Below are positions 47,397 to 57,406 of a stretch of 64,000 bases of DNA, one piece after another. Every line of letters begins with the position of its first letter. The stretch's first letter is position 1. The notes below the pieces were generated by a model. That model saw nothing but the letters and a program-made list of their open reading frames with translations. It was not told the origin of the DNA and did no database searches. This stretch comes from Candidatus Hermodarchaeota archaeon (lineage in GTDB: Archaea; Asgardarchaeota; Thorarchaeia; Thorarchaeales; Thorarchaeaceae), in assembly GCA_048885865.1 (NCBI GenBank), contig JBHLLF010000006.1:32001-96000 (forward strand), read 5' to 3'. The translations under genes and the position numbers were made by a program.

Positions 47397-49700
47397 CTAC
47401 CTGTTTTTCTTTGCCTCAGTGGCCTTCTTTGCATCGCGCCACATCTGTTCGGCCAAGACAGTGAACATATCAGCTACACCTTCACCAGTCTTTGCAGAAG
47501 ATTCCATGTAGAGAAAGCCTTGGTCCTCAGCCCAGCGCTTGGCCTCAGCTGCTGGAACGGCCCTGTCTGGGAGGTCCGTCTTGTTACCTACGAGAACAAT
47601 TGGCACTCGCAAGCCAATTGACTCATCCGCCTCCTTGACCCATTTGGAGAGCTCGGTGAATGACCGTCTTCTAGTCACGTCATATACGAGGATGATGCCT
47701 GCTGCACCACTGTAGTACATCTTCCGCACAGCCTTGAATCTGGCCTGCCCGGCCACGTCCCAACACTGAAGCTTGATCCCGACAGCGTATTCCGGTTCTG
47801 GGGGCGAAATGTGAGTGAGCTTGACGGCGAACTGAGATCCAATCGTCGTCTTGTAATCGCGTTCGAAAACACCAGTTACGTAGCGATTCACGAGGGTCGT
47901 CTTCCCCACTGCTCCTTCTCCCGTGACCATCACTTTGAAAAGATACGTGTAGCTGTCGCTGGGAGCTCCAGGACGAGGTGGCTTTGGAGTTCGTGCACGC
48001 ATCTCTGTTACTAGAGCGCTCTCATCTGCGACCTCTTCGACTACTACCTGTGCGGTAGCAGGGGCTGCAGGGGCCGCCGCTTCCATCACTGCAGAAACTT
48101 CTTCAACCTCAGAGATGACTGTGCCGGTCTCTTCTACTCCAAACAGCTTGTCGAGTAGCTCTTCAGCCTCTCTCAAGGACTCATCCGAACCCTCGGATGC
48201 GGTCATTTTGAGAATCTCTGCTGCTTTTGCTTTCTCTACTTCAGCAAAACCAGTGCCTTCAGCAGGAGCATAGTCTGTCAAATCTTCAACGATGGCTGCC
48301 GAAGGTTCGGGCAATGTTACAGATGGCATGGCGGCAGGCGCAGCTACAGCAGCGCCTTTCTCTACAAGAATTGCGGTCTCAGGTGTTGTGATCTGTTTCA
48401 CTTGGCCGGAAGCGTCTGTCCACATCAATACTATCGGTCGAATGATGACTGTTCCTTCAGTTGTAGGTACTAGGTCTAACTCAATTGTCTTGGTCTCACC
48501 AGGATTCAAATCGAATCTGAGCTGGTTGTCTGACACCTGGAGGTTGTCCTTGGGGAACCAGTAGACCTTGCCAGTGACTCCAGTGATTGGCTGACTTGTG
48601 ATATTCGCAACAGTAACTTTGCCAATGAGATTAGTGCCGGTCTTTGCTTGCGTATCAATCTCAAATTTGGGAATCAGCTGATAGAGGCCCTGGAGAACCC
48701 TCAGCGGACCGTTCGCTATGCCAACTAGGACTTCTTTTCGGTCATCTCCTCCTGCGTCTCCAACACTGATTGAGAGGATCTTCTCACCAATGTTCACGCT
48801 GGCCAGTTCCTGAAGTTCTGCCATATGCAGATTGTAGAATTTGACCTTGTAATCAGAAGTAGCAACTATCATCTCGTCCATGTGGTCTGCATTGATCTCT
48901 TCCATCACAACAGAGAGTGCATTCACTCCTTCAAGCTTGGTGAAGAGGTCCAGCCTGCTCTCCTCGTTTCGATAGACTCTGACAGTACCATCTCGAGTGA
49001 CAACACCCAGTTCCATCTTCCTGTCACCCAAGATATCTCCGGCCTTTACTGATATGATTGGGCTCGGGAGCTGGAGTACCTCAATCTCCTCAATGGTGTG
49101 GTCTCTCACCTTGAATACTCTGAGTGACCCATCAATATTGCCTGTGACAAACTCGTCGATTTCATCTCCAATAACATCACAGATTCCTATCGATATTGGC
49201 ATGTTCTCAAGCTGATGCTTGGCATATTCCGTAATCTTGTCATCAGCATCCATTTGGAATACTCGAAGAGACGAGTCACTCGCTGCAACAATTATCTCGT
49301 TCTTCTCATCCCCTGTGACATCAGTCACCATGACGGTTGTGATGAACTTGTCAATTGGATACTCTGCTAGAAGTTGAAACTGGCCGCTTGGGGCGAATCT
49401 ATAGACTTGAAGAGTGCCGGATTCGCCTGGAATCTCTCCTGGGTCGAGACTGCGTCCTACAACAATCTCCATTCGACCATCATTATTCGCATCTGCAATT
49501 TTGAGTGACAGGATACTACCTTCTAGATCCTTCTGAGCGAGAAACCTAATTTCTGCAGTACTTCCATCATATAATCTAAGGACACCATCCCGGTCTCCTG
49601 TGCACAGCTCTGATGTTCCAGATCCAGTGACGTCTCCCATGGCTATTGCGGTGGTGCTTTTGTCGTCCTCGATCTCGAAGAGAATTCTGGGCGTGGTCAA
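47397..49700 (-). CDS. FG-GAP beta-propeller - Ig-like domain - acidic linker - Rab-like small GTPase fusion
   Basis: Seven x-D/E-[VIA]-x-G/N/A-D repeats; C-terminal GEGAVGKT, TIG, WDVAGQ, NKTD and ESSAK. Confidence 0.88.
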   Translation of the reverse strand: MTTPRILFEIEDDKSTTAIAMGDVTGSGTSELCTGDRDGVLRLYDGSTAEIRFLAQKDLEGSILSLKIADANNDGRMEIVVGRSLDPGEIPGESGTLQVYRFAPSGQFQLLAEYPIDKFITTVMVTDVTGDEKNEIIVAASDSSLRVFQMDADDKITEYAKHQLENMPISIGICDVIGDEIDEFVTGNIDGSLRVFKVRDHTIEEIEVLQLPSPIISVKAGDILGDRKMELGVVTRDGTVRVYRNEESRLDLFTKLEGVNALSVVMEEINADHMDEMIVATSDYKVKFYNLHMAELQELASVNIGEKILSISVGDAGGDDRKEVLVGIANGPLRVLQGLYQLIPKFEIDTQAKTGTNLIGKVTVANITSQPITGVTGKVYWFPKDNLQVSDNQLRFDLNPGETKTIELDLVPTTEGTVIIRPIVLMWTDASGQVKQITTPETAILVEKGAAVAAPAAMPSVTLPEPSAAIVEDLTDYAPAEGTGFAEVEKAKAAEILKMTASEGSDESLREAEELLDKLFGVEETGTVISEVEEVSAVMEAAAPAAPATAQVVVEEVADESALVTEMRARTPKPPRPGAPSDSYTYLFKVMVTGEGAVGKTTLVNRYVTGVFERDYKTTIGSQFAVKLTHISPPEPEYAVGIKLQCWDVAGQARFKAVRKMYYSGAAGIILVYDVTRRRSFTELSKWVKEADESIGLRVPIVLVGNKTDLPDRAVPAAEAKRWAEDQGFLYMESSAKTGEGVADMFTVLAEQMWRDAKKATEAKKNR

Positions 49701-49894
49701 TTTGAGATACCATCCGGTGCGAAAACAACGCCATTCAGACCTTCAACTACGTGTCTAGTGGGTTGTTCTAATAGTTCCATGAGGGCGAACGGCCTTTTTG
49801 TACTTTGTTGGGTCAGTCTCAACTATCATATATGGAATGCACAAAATAGCACATTATTTAACACGAAGCCGTCGTGATGTAGCTTGGTGACACC

Positions 49895-50695
49895 TTGCCT
49901 ACACTCTCAGTTCGGAACATTGTGAAGGCCTATCCCAATGGCGAAGGCGGAGAAACTAGAGTACTCGATGGAATTTCGTTTGAAGTGAAAGATGGGGAAT
50001 TTCTGAGTATCCTAGGCCCTTCAGGTTGTGGAAAAACAACACTCCTGAAGATTATCGCAGGGCTCCTCGAACCAGACGAGGGAGATATTTCGATAGACGG
50101 GGTTCAAGTGGGTCCAGGTCACAATCGTGTGGGCTTTATATTCCAGCAGGAGTCGCTTTTTCCTTGGAGGACAATACGCGAGAATATCGAATTTGGATTA
50201 GAAATTGCTGGTTCCGATATGCCCAGCAGACGTAAACTCGCTGATGAGATAATCAGAATAGTAGGAATGGAAGGGCTGGAAGATAGCTTTCCACATGAAG
50301 TTTCTGGCGGGCAAGCACGACGGGCTGAGATGGCAAGGAGTCTGATAATCAAGCCTGATATCCTGGTAGCTGACGAGGCTCTCTCAAATCTAGACCTACA
50401 GACCAGAAATTACATTCAATCAGAATTTCTAAGGATTACTGAAGAAACTGGTTCAACTGTTCTTTTTGTGTCACATAATGTGGATGAAGCAGTCTTCATG
50501 TCTGACCGAATTCTTGTAATGAGCAACATGCCATCCAAAATGATCGCGGCTTATGAGGTTGATCTTCCCAGGCCACGAAATAGGACATCTCATGAGAGTC
50601 TTGAATATCGAGCTAGGATATTGGAAGTGCTTGAGGTTGAACAAGAAAAGGCAATGGCTCGAAAGGCTACACAGAAACCTCCTGCCGCCACTTGA
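49895..50695 (+). CDS. ABC transporter ATPase (TauB/SsuB/NrtD family)
   Basis: GPSGCGKT, VSGGQ, VADE, SHNVDEAV. Confidence 0.93.
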   Translation: MPTLSVRNIVKAYPNGEGGETRVLDGISFEVKDGEFLSILGPSGCGKTTLLKIIAGLLEPDEGDISIDGVQVGPGHNRVGFIFQQESLFPWRTIRENIEFGLEIAGSDMPSRRKLADEIIRIVGMEGLEDSFPHEVSGGQARRAEMARSLIIKPDILVADEALSNLDLQTRNYIQSEFLRITEETGSTVLFVSHNVDEAVFMSDRILVMSNMPSKMIAAYEVDLPRPRNRTSHESLEYRARILEVLEVEQEKAMARKATQKPPAAT

Positions 50696-51515
50696 GGAGT
50701 CTTCGTTCAATCATTAGTATTAGGAAGCTCACTGCAAATCCGATGAGACCTATTACTAGCATGCTTGAGATTACTGCTCCAGTCCAACCGACCTGCTGCA
50801 TTGTCCAGATTAGATATCCCAAACCCTTGTTGCTGCCAATCATCTCCGCAGCTACTAGACACATCCATCCAATTCCAAAACCGATTCGCATTCCTGCAAA
50901 CACCTCAGGTGCAGCTGACGGGATGACAACCGAGCTGAGTATCTTCGATTCTGATGCCCCGAAAGTCTTGGCAACATCAACATGGACAGGTTCCGTACGT
51001 TTGACTCCGGTAGTGGTATTGATGAGAATTGGGAAGAAGGCACCCACCCAGATTATGAAGACCTGTGAATACAAAAGACTAGCAAAGATAAGGAGTGACA
51101 GCGGAATCCATGCAATTGGTGGAATTGGTCGCATTGCCTCGACGACTGGTCCGAGGATGGAATCCACTACCTTATAGCGGCCAATTGCGATCCCAAGCGG
51201 TATCGCAGTGATTGCAGCCACGAAAAATCCTACAGTGACAATGAAGACACTCTGGGCAACATGATCTATGAGAAGAAAGCCCTGACTATCACCTTCAGTT
51301 GCCAGCCTAATGAAAGCGTCAACTACCTCCATGATGGTGCTTCTAGAGATGAACGCAATGATGGCCCAGAGTAGAATCAGGATAATTGCAGCCAGCAGCC
51401 ATCTAATGATGGATGAGCCAGTAAACCTTGAGTAGACTGATTGACCACTCTCATCCGGGTTTGGCAAGTCTGAAGTCTGAGCGACTGATGTCATTGTCTG
51501 AGAAGAGTCAGCCAC
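50667..51515 (-). CDS. ABC transporter permease (TauC/SsuC family)
   Basis: RPIPPIAWIP, AKTFGAS (EAA loop), LVAAEM. Confidence 0.92.
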   Translation of the reverse strand: MADSSQTMTSVAQTSDLPNPDESGQSVYSRFTGSSIIRWLLAAIILILLWAIIAFISRSTIMEVVDAFIRLATEGDSQGFLLIDHVAQSVFIVTVGFFVAAITAIPLGIAIGRYKVVDSILGPVVEAMRPIPPIAWIPLSLLIFASLLYSQVFIIWVGAFFPILINTTTGVKRTEPVHVDVAKTFGASESKILSSVVIPSAAPEVFAGMRIGFGIGWMCLVAAEMIGSNKGLGYLIWTMQQVGWTGAVISSMLVIGLIGFAVSFLILMIERRLLKWRQEVSV

Positions 51516-51542
51516 CTGGCTTTCTTTTGATTCTACCGCTTT

Positions 51543-52541
51543 CTAACTCAAGGCGTTGTCTAGGAACGAAGTGTCAATGAAGCTGTCCAAGAAGCCACCT
51601 ATGTCAGTCGGAATTCTATCAGGAAGCAGCTGTTCTTGATCTATCAGATAATCCAGATAAATCTGGATTCCTGTTCGATTAACATTGTAGTCATAGATTA
51701 TCCTACTAAATGCCGTTTCAACTGCAGTTACAGCATCTTCCATCTCTAACCAAGTGGCTGCTATCGAAATGGCTTGAGTCGGATTGTTCACAATCCACTC
51801 CTCAGCACGAACATGAATGTCAACGATAGTCTGAACAATGTCTGGCTTGACATTGAGAAATGTATTGGATGATGCCAACACACAGCATGGATGACGAGGC
51901 CAGATATCTCCAGACAGGATAAGTGGAACTGCCAAATTATCGTATTCCGCCCTAGCATTGAATGGCTCCCAAGCAATAAACGCAGGCTCATTTTCGGACA
52001 GGGAGTCTGCCATTAGTGCAGGTGAAGTTGATAGTGTCGTAATATCGGATGAGCTGAGTCCGGACTGGTTTAATGCCAATCGGAGGAGAAATGCTTGAAC
52101 AGTTGAGGGGCCTGGTATGTAAACAGACTTGCCAGTAAGATTGGCCACCTGGGTAATAGCACCAGAGTCGTAGTCAGCCTTTCGAACCATTATTGCTGAA
52201 CCCTCAAGGTTTGCTGATGCTAGAATGGTTATCATAATCTCTTGGTTTATCCTCTTTGTCAAAGCTGGAGCAGCTCCTAAATAGCCCATGTCAATCTCGT
52301 TCCCGAGAAACGCATCCATTTCTAAAGCCCCATTCCCGTACGCCTTCAGCTCGACTTTGAGGCCGGCTTCTTCATACCATCCATTGACAAGTGCCACACG
52401 AAATGCCAATTGATGAAGGTCCTTCTCGAGGTACCCAATTCTCACATCTGGCAATGTGGTTGGATACCATAAAGCGATCAATGCCGCTGAAGAAATCACA
52501 ATGACAACTACTGTTGCTGCTATAGCTTTATTTCTGTCCAT
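51543..52541 (-). CDS. ABC substrate-binding protein (TauA/NrtA/SsuA family)
   Basis: N-terminal anchor, VRIGY, GYLGAAP, AWEPF, HPCC. Confidence 0.9.
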   Translation of the reverse strand: MDRNKAIAATVVVIVISSAALIALWYPTTLPDVRIGYLEKDLHQLAFRVALVNGWYEEAGLKVELKAYGNGALEMDAFLGNEIDMGYLGAAPALTKRINQEIMITILASANLEGSAIMVRKADYDSGAITQVANLTGKSVYIPGPSTVQAFLLRLALNQSGLSSSDITTLSTSPALMADSLSENEPAFIAWEPFNARAEYDNLAVPLILSGDIWPRHPCCVLASSNTFLNVKPDIVQTIVDIHVRAEEWIVNNPTQAISIAATWLEMEDAVTAVETAFSRIIYDYNVNRTGIQIYLDYLIDQEQLLPDRIPTDIGGFLDSFIDTSFLDNALS

Positions 52542-52661
52542 CTTGAGTTGTCTCCTCTTTTGAGAGGTCATGCGGTAAATTGTCTATAGTTTACATATGA
52601 GGGTTGAGTTATGCCCTCTATCCTCAGAATGTTGATTAAAGAGTCTGGAGATAAATCAGCT

Positions 52662-53036
52662 ATGTCGCTCCGAGATCGGATTCCTGAACAACTCAGACTA
52701 AGAGATGAGATAGTTGCCATCACCGTCAAGGAGGATGTTGAGGTCTTTCCAACAACGGATTATATCCTTCTGGAGATCTCGCCCAACGCTGGAAGAGTAG
52801 ATATTCCAAAGATATCCAACACCATTCGAGACTTAGTAAAAAGTGACAAGAGAATGGTGGCAATCCGGGGATACGGCTTCAAGGGAGTTGGACTCTCCGT
52901 TAGGATTGCTCATGAACTGAAGAAGAGAGAGAATAGATTCGTTTACGAGATGACCTTCGATACCTTTGAAGCCTCAGACCCTGAAACAGATAGACCACTA
53001 ACAAGCGTGCAGATCATCATAATGCCGCCAGTATGA
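52662..53036 (+). CDS. Divergent Alba-fold protein with N-terminal extension
   Basis: VAIRGYG.KGVGLSV.IAHELK.R...FDT...RPLTSVQIII resembles Alba (IKARG..IS.AV.VAE...R...VS.IEI.L). Confidence 0.6.
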   Translation: MSLRDRIPEQLRLRDEIVAITVKEDVEVFPTTDYILLEISPNAGRVDIPKISNTIRDLVKSDKRMVAIRGYGFKGVGLSVRIAHELKKRENRFVYEMTFDTFEASDPETDRPLTSVQIIIMPPV

Positions 53037-53107
53037 GAGGATGAGTGCAAACAAAACACAAGGAAACGGTTTTCTGCATTATGCAAGTACTGAAAGGTGG
53101 TGGTTTC

Positions 53108-54316
53108 GTGATAGGTGTTGGAAGGAAGAAACATTGGGGCCTTCTTACACTTGTGTTGCTTTTGCTCACCCCGGTTCTGGCATCGTCCACACAGGCATTT
53201 CACCTCGAAGGGAAATTACTGATTTCCGAGGCAGTGACTAACCTCAAGCCTGCGCAGTTCGAGGTTTGGGAACCGATATTTATCCAGAATGCCGAGGAAT
53301 TTGCGAGCTATGGATTTCCCGGTAATGGGACAGAGTCGAATCCATACATCATTGAAAGGCTCAACATTTCAACCGTAGGAGAAACATGCATTTGGATTCA
53401 AGATGTTGATGTCAGCTTTGTCATTAGAAACTGCAGAATTCATAATCAACGCACATCGTTCCCGACAATCCGGCTCACAAATGTGCAGAATGCCACTATT
53501 GAAGAAAACAGCATAATTGGGGGATTCGAAGGAATTCATGGATCGCAGACAAGAAATCTTCAGATTCTTGACAATACTATATGCGATGGTGCCAGTGGGC
53601 TGAGTTTCAGCAATTCACTCAATATCACGGCTGAAGGCAATTCTGTATATCGACATACAATAGGAGTTGCCTTGAGCAATACATCACAATGTCTTTTCTC
53701 TACTAACAGAATCTATGGGAACACTCATGCTGGATTCATGGTAGATCATACCTCTTCCAACAACTCAATCTTGTCAAACATCTTTGGTTGGAATGATATT
53801 CGCACGTTTTCCTCTATCAATGCTGAAGACAATGGCAATAACAATACGTGGCTTGCCAACGCATGGTCCGATTATGCATCCCCCGGTCCTTACGGCGTTA
53901 GTGGAGTGGCCAACTCCCAAGACGCGCTTCCAACACTAGTGCTTGATCGAGAAGCGCCCATTATCAATTCACCAGATGATATTGTGATGGGAGAAGGCAA
54001 CGACGTAAATGTCACTTGGTATCCAAGAGACGCATTTCCGCTGGAATACACTATCCGTATGAACGCAGTGACTCTCAGTACAGGCGCATGGTTTGAAAAT
54101 GAATACACGGTCAATCTGCGTAACTTGGAACCTGGGGATTACACTCTAACGTTATCTGTCGCGGACGGATCGGGAAACACTTCAGATGATATTGTGGAAA
54201 TATCAGTCCTTTATGTCATCTTTTTGGATATTGCTACTGAGTTAGTTGCCTACGCATCGGCATTGAGTGTAGTTCTCTTCTTAGTTATTCTGTGCCTACT
54301 GAAGAAACGAACATGA
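53108..54316 (+). CDS. Surface NosD/pectin-lyase-like beta-helix protein with Ig domain and C-terminal TM
   Basis: Signal peptide, G.GTESNPYIIE, parallel beta-helix repeats, N.WSDY, DGSGN, TM + KKR. Confidence 0.85.
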   Translation: MIGVGRKKHWGLLTLVLLLLTPVLASSTQAFHLEGKLLISEAVTNLKPAQFEVWEPIFIQNAEEFASYGFPGNGTESNPYIIERLNISTVGETCIWIQDVDVSFVIRNCRIHNQRTSFPTIRLTNVQNATIEENSIIGGFEGIHGSQTRNLQILDNTICDGASGLSFSNSLNITAEGNSVYRHTIGVALSNTSQCLFSTNRIYGNTHAGFMVDHTSSNNSILSNIFGWNDIRTFSSINAEDNGNNNTWLANAWSDYASPGPYGVSGVANSQDALPTLVLDREAPIINSPDDIVMGEGNDVNVTWYPRDAFPLEYTIRMNAVTLSTGAWFENEYTVNLRNLEPGDYTLTLSVADGSGNTSDDIVEISVLYVIFLDIATELVAYASALSVVLFLVILCLLKKRT

Positions 54317-54396
54317 AACTCAATTCATGCTTGGTTCTTAAAGCATAAGTAAGCTGGACGCAACGCTCTGACTACCAAGGGAGGCCGGATGACCTA

Positions 54397-55620
54397 TTGA
54401 GCCCTAGGCCGATTATAGCTTTATGCATGCTGATGCTCTTAGCTGTCTTTCCAACTGCGGGCATCACTGCAAACAAATCGAATATCAGCACGGCAAAGGG
54501 AGGAATAATCGAACGTTCTATCACATCATCCAATATTGAACATCCGCAAATAGTCATCCGAAATGACAGGGATTTTCTTCAGCAAGGCTGGGAAGGAAAC
54601 GGGTCTGCTTCAGATCCCTACATCATTGAGAACCTGAATATCTCTCTTGGTTCAGAAACATGCATCTTGATTTACAATGTGACTGCACACTTTGTGATTC
54701 GCAACTCGTATCTCTCCACCAGTGATGATTTTGCATATAACATTCAAGTCATTACTTCCCGAAATGGGAGGATTGACAACTGCACTATCACAGGAGGGGG
54801 ATATGGCATATCGATTTCATCTTCAAGTGGTATTGAAGTGACCAGCTCCACAATCTGTTCCACAGATATGGGCATATCAATCTCCAACTCAGAATTATGC
54901 TTCATTGAATCAAACAAGATTTACGGAACGAAAACAGGAATCAGAGTCTACGACTCGATGAATAACACCGTGACAGCCAACAAAGTCTATCGTGCCGAGG
55001 AATGGGGCATAGCGATGGATTATTTCACAGGGAGTAATCGTATCTTCCATAATCATGTAGGCTGGAACGGTCCAGATGGGCAGCCTAATCGTGCATTCAA
55101 TGCATTGGATCATGGTCAAAACAACATCTGGGATGACAACATTAGCCAAGGTAATTTCTGGTCGGAATATGATGGCAGCGGCATTTATGCCATTGAGGGC
55201 ACGGGGGAATCTTTCGATCGCTATCCCACCTACTTCAATGACACACAGGCACCCTTTTTCATGAACAGAGCAGAAGACTTAGTCTACGAGGTTGGCGACA
55301 GTAAGCGTCACCTCATCAACTGGACAGCTCACGACATGTTCCCATACAGATACGAAGTTGCCAGGGAAAATAGAATCTTTCAGTCAGGCATATGGCATCG
55401 TCAGAGTATCAGAGTAGATGTGGGAGGGCTTGATGAAGGCGTACACAATATTACAATCAGTTTCATTGATGGCTGTGGCAATTCAATCAGTGACTCCGCA
55501 ATTGTTTATGTAATTCTCTACGTCTTAGGTGACATCGGTACTGACCTGGTAGGATACGCATCGATCATAGCTGTCTTTGTTGTCATGTCGATGGTCATCC
55601 TCATGCGGAAGAGGAGATGA
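54397..55620 (+). CDS. Tandem paralogue NosD-like surface protein
   Basis: GNGSASDPYIIE, GNFWSEY, DGCGN, TM + RKRR. Confidence 0.85.
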   Translation: MSPRPIIALCMLMLLAVFPTAGITANKSNISTAKGGIIERSITSSNIEHPQIVIRNDRDFLQQGWEGNGSASDPYIIENLNISLGSETCILIYNVTAHFVIRNSYLSTSDDFAYNIQVITSRNGRIDNCTITGGGYGISISSSSGIEVTSSTICSTDMGISISNSELCFIESNKIYGTKTGIRVYDSMNNTVTANKVYRAEEWGIAMDYFTGSNRIFHNHVGWNGPDGQPNRAFNALDHGQNNIWDDNISQGNFWSEYDGSGIYAIEGTGESFDRYPTYFNDTQAPFFMNRAEDLVYEVGDSKRHLINWTAHDMFPYRYEVARENRIFQSGIWHRQSIRVDVGGLDEGVHNITISFIDGCGNSISDSAIVYVILYVLGDIGTDLVGYASIIAVFVVMSMVILMRKRR

Positions 55621-55960
55621 ATATACATCCTGTTGCAGGGATTTAGCTGGCAAGCTGATAGAAACAGTTGGCCTAATTGAATAAGTAGACTAAAGTTCAC
55701 ATCGAGTAATATACAAATCAAATGACTTATCCAGCCCCTCCATTGCATCCCGCCATATTTCTTGGTTTCATCATTCCAATGGCCGTTGTAGCAGATATCT
55801 GTTATTACATTGCAAAAAGGGAGTATGAAAAGACAAGAGAATACAGTGAAAGCATCTGAGACTAATTTATGGGAGCCGATAAGAAAAGCCTGGTTTAATT
55901 TTGAAACTACTTAAATAGTAGTTCAACAATCCCGGACGGTTAAGTGTGGAGGTTGTTAAT

Positions 55961-56677
55961 GTGCAATTTGAACTACTAGTAAACAGCATGGGAATTATAG
56001 GGATGATTCCAATCTTCCTGCTGGTTCTCCTTATGCTGTGGGGTTTCATTGGGGGTTCAGGTCGAACCAGAACTCTCTCACTTCTAGCCTTTCTGGGATA
56101 CCTTTTCGTGGCAATAGGATGGCTTGTAGTAACAATGGAACGAATGAATATGCCGCTAATGGATTGGGCTCTTGCTCGATATATCGACTTCGGGGTGAGG
56201 GGCATCTGGCTTTTCCTACTAGCGGTGTACTGCTTCATCTGGGCTTTGCCAGACTTAATCAATGACCGCAAATGGCTAGTCATCGTACTCCTAATCTTGC
56301 CAATTATCTATGAGGTGTTCATGATCGGCACCTTTGCAATTGCCCCTGGATTATATCAAGGTGCTTGGCTAGCCACAGAAGTAGTCCTCGTCACTATTTA
56401 CATGGCCTTGATTCCACTCTACACCACTTTTCGATATGTTGGCCAAGACAGGGTCAAGGGTACTGCCAGAGTGATGTGGATATGGCTAACCTTGATCGGT
56501 GTCTTGATCTGGTTCTTCGGAGAGTTCCTACTAGGCATTAGTCAGCTGCTGAGTATGCCAGGTTGGGACTCGTTCTTCAGTAGCATTGGTCTAGCGATAG
56601 TGAGTACACACGCAATCGGGTGGTGGATTATACTCCTAGGCAATTTCTTCCAGAGACGAGCACTCCAAACAGGTTAA
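55961..56677 (+). CDS. Stand-alone 7TM membrane protein
   Basis: Seven hydrophobic segments; GTG start after GGAGGT. Confidence 0.75.
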   Translation: MQFELLVNSMGIIGMIPIFLLVLLMLWGFIGGSGRTRTLSLLAFLGYLFVAIGWLVVTMERMNMPLMDWALARYIDFGVRGIWLFLLAVYCFIWALPDLINDRKWLVIVLLILPIIYEVFMIGTFAIAPGLYQGAWLATEVVLVTIYMALIPLYTTFRYVGQDRVKGTARVMWIWLTLIGVLIWFFGEFLLGISQLLSMPGWDSFFSSIGLAIVSTHAIGWWIILLGNFFQRRALQTG

Positions 56678-56830
56678 TCCTGAATTAAGTCGACATGCTG
56701 CTCCATCTTGGCCCATCAGCAAAGGGTCACGCAATTAGTGGAGGGCAGATTCAGGGGTCAGGCCATCAAATACTTAAGCAGGGCGAAGTGAGGCTCCCTC
56801 GTACCTTCCCCACGTAGGTGAAGATGAACA

Positions 56831-57406
56831 ATGGCGCTTGACTTTGCAAAAGGAATCACCGAGTTCCGCTGGCACGGCAGAGGTGGACAGGGTGTAGTCA
56901 CCTCAAACCAGATGCTTGGAAAAGCAGCTCTCGCGGAAGGCAACTATATACAGGCGTTCCCCGAGTTTGGGCCAGAGCGGACCGGAGCCCCAGTGCGGGC
57001 GTTTCTGAGAATCAGCAAGAAGCCCATCCAGGTCTACGCGCAGGTCTATGCTCCAGACATAGTTGTGTGTATTGACCCGACGCTGCTAGATGTCGTGAAC
57101 CCATCAGAGGGACTGAAGGAGGATGGAACTCTTGTTCTTAACACAACTTTGAGCCCTGATGAGGTGCGTGACAAGTATGGCTTCAAGGGCGGCAAGGTGG
57201 TCACGGTTGATGCGACATCCATTGCAATGGAGATTCTCGGCAGACCATTCTACAACATGCCGACGATGGCTGCGGCTGTGAAAGCCTCAGGAGTCGTCAA
57301 GATTGAAACGGTCATCGGCGAGGTTCTAGAGAGATACCCAGGGAAGATAGGGGATCTGAACAAGGCTGCGATGGAGAGAGCAATGGAGGAGGCAAAGATA
57401 GGATGA
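56831..57406 (+). CDS. porG: Pyruvate/2-oxoacid:ferredoxin oxidoreductase gamma
   Basis: HGRGGQG, FPEFGPERTGAPV. Confidence 0.93.
   Translation: MALDFAKGITEFRWHGRGGQGVVTSNQMLGKAALAEGNYIQAFPEFGPERTGAPVRAFLRISKKPIQVYAQVYAPDIVVCIDPTLLDVVNPSEGLKEDGTLVLNTTLSPDEVRDKYGFKGGKVVTVDATSIAMEILGRPFYNMPTMAAAVKASGVVKIETVIGEVLERYPGKIGDLNKAAMERAMEEAKIG

Noticed and set aside
55961-56677. Rhodopsin/heliorhodopsin/schizorhodopsin
   Set aside because: There is no retinal-binding lysine motif in helix 7.
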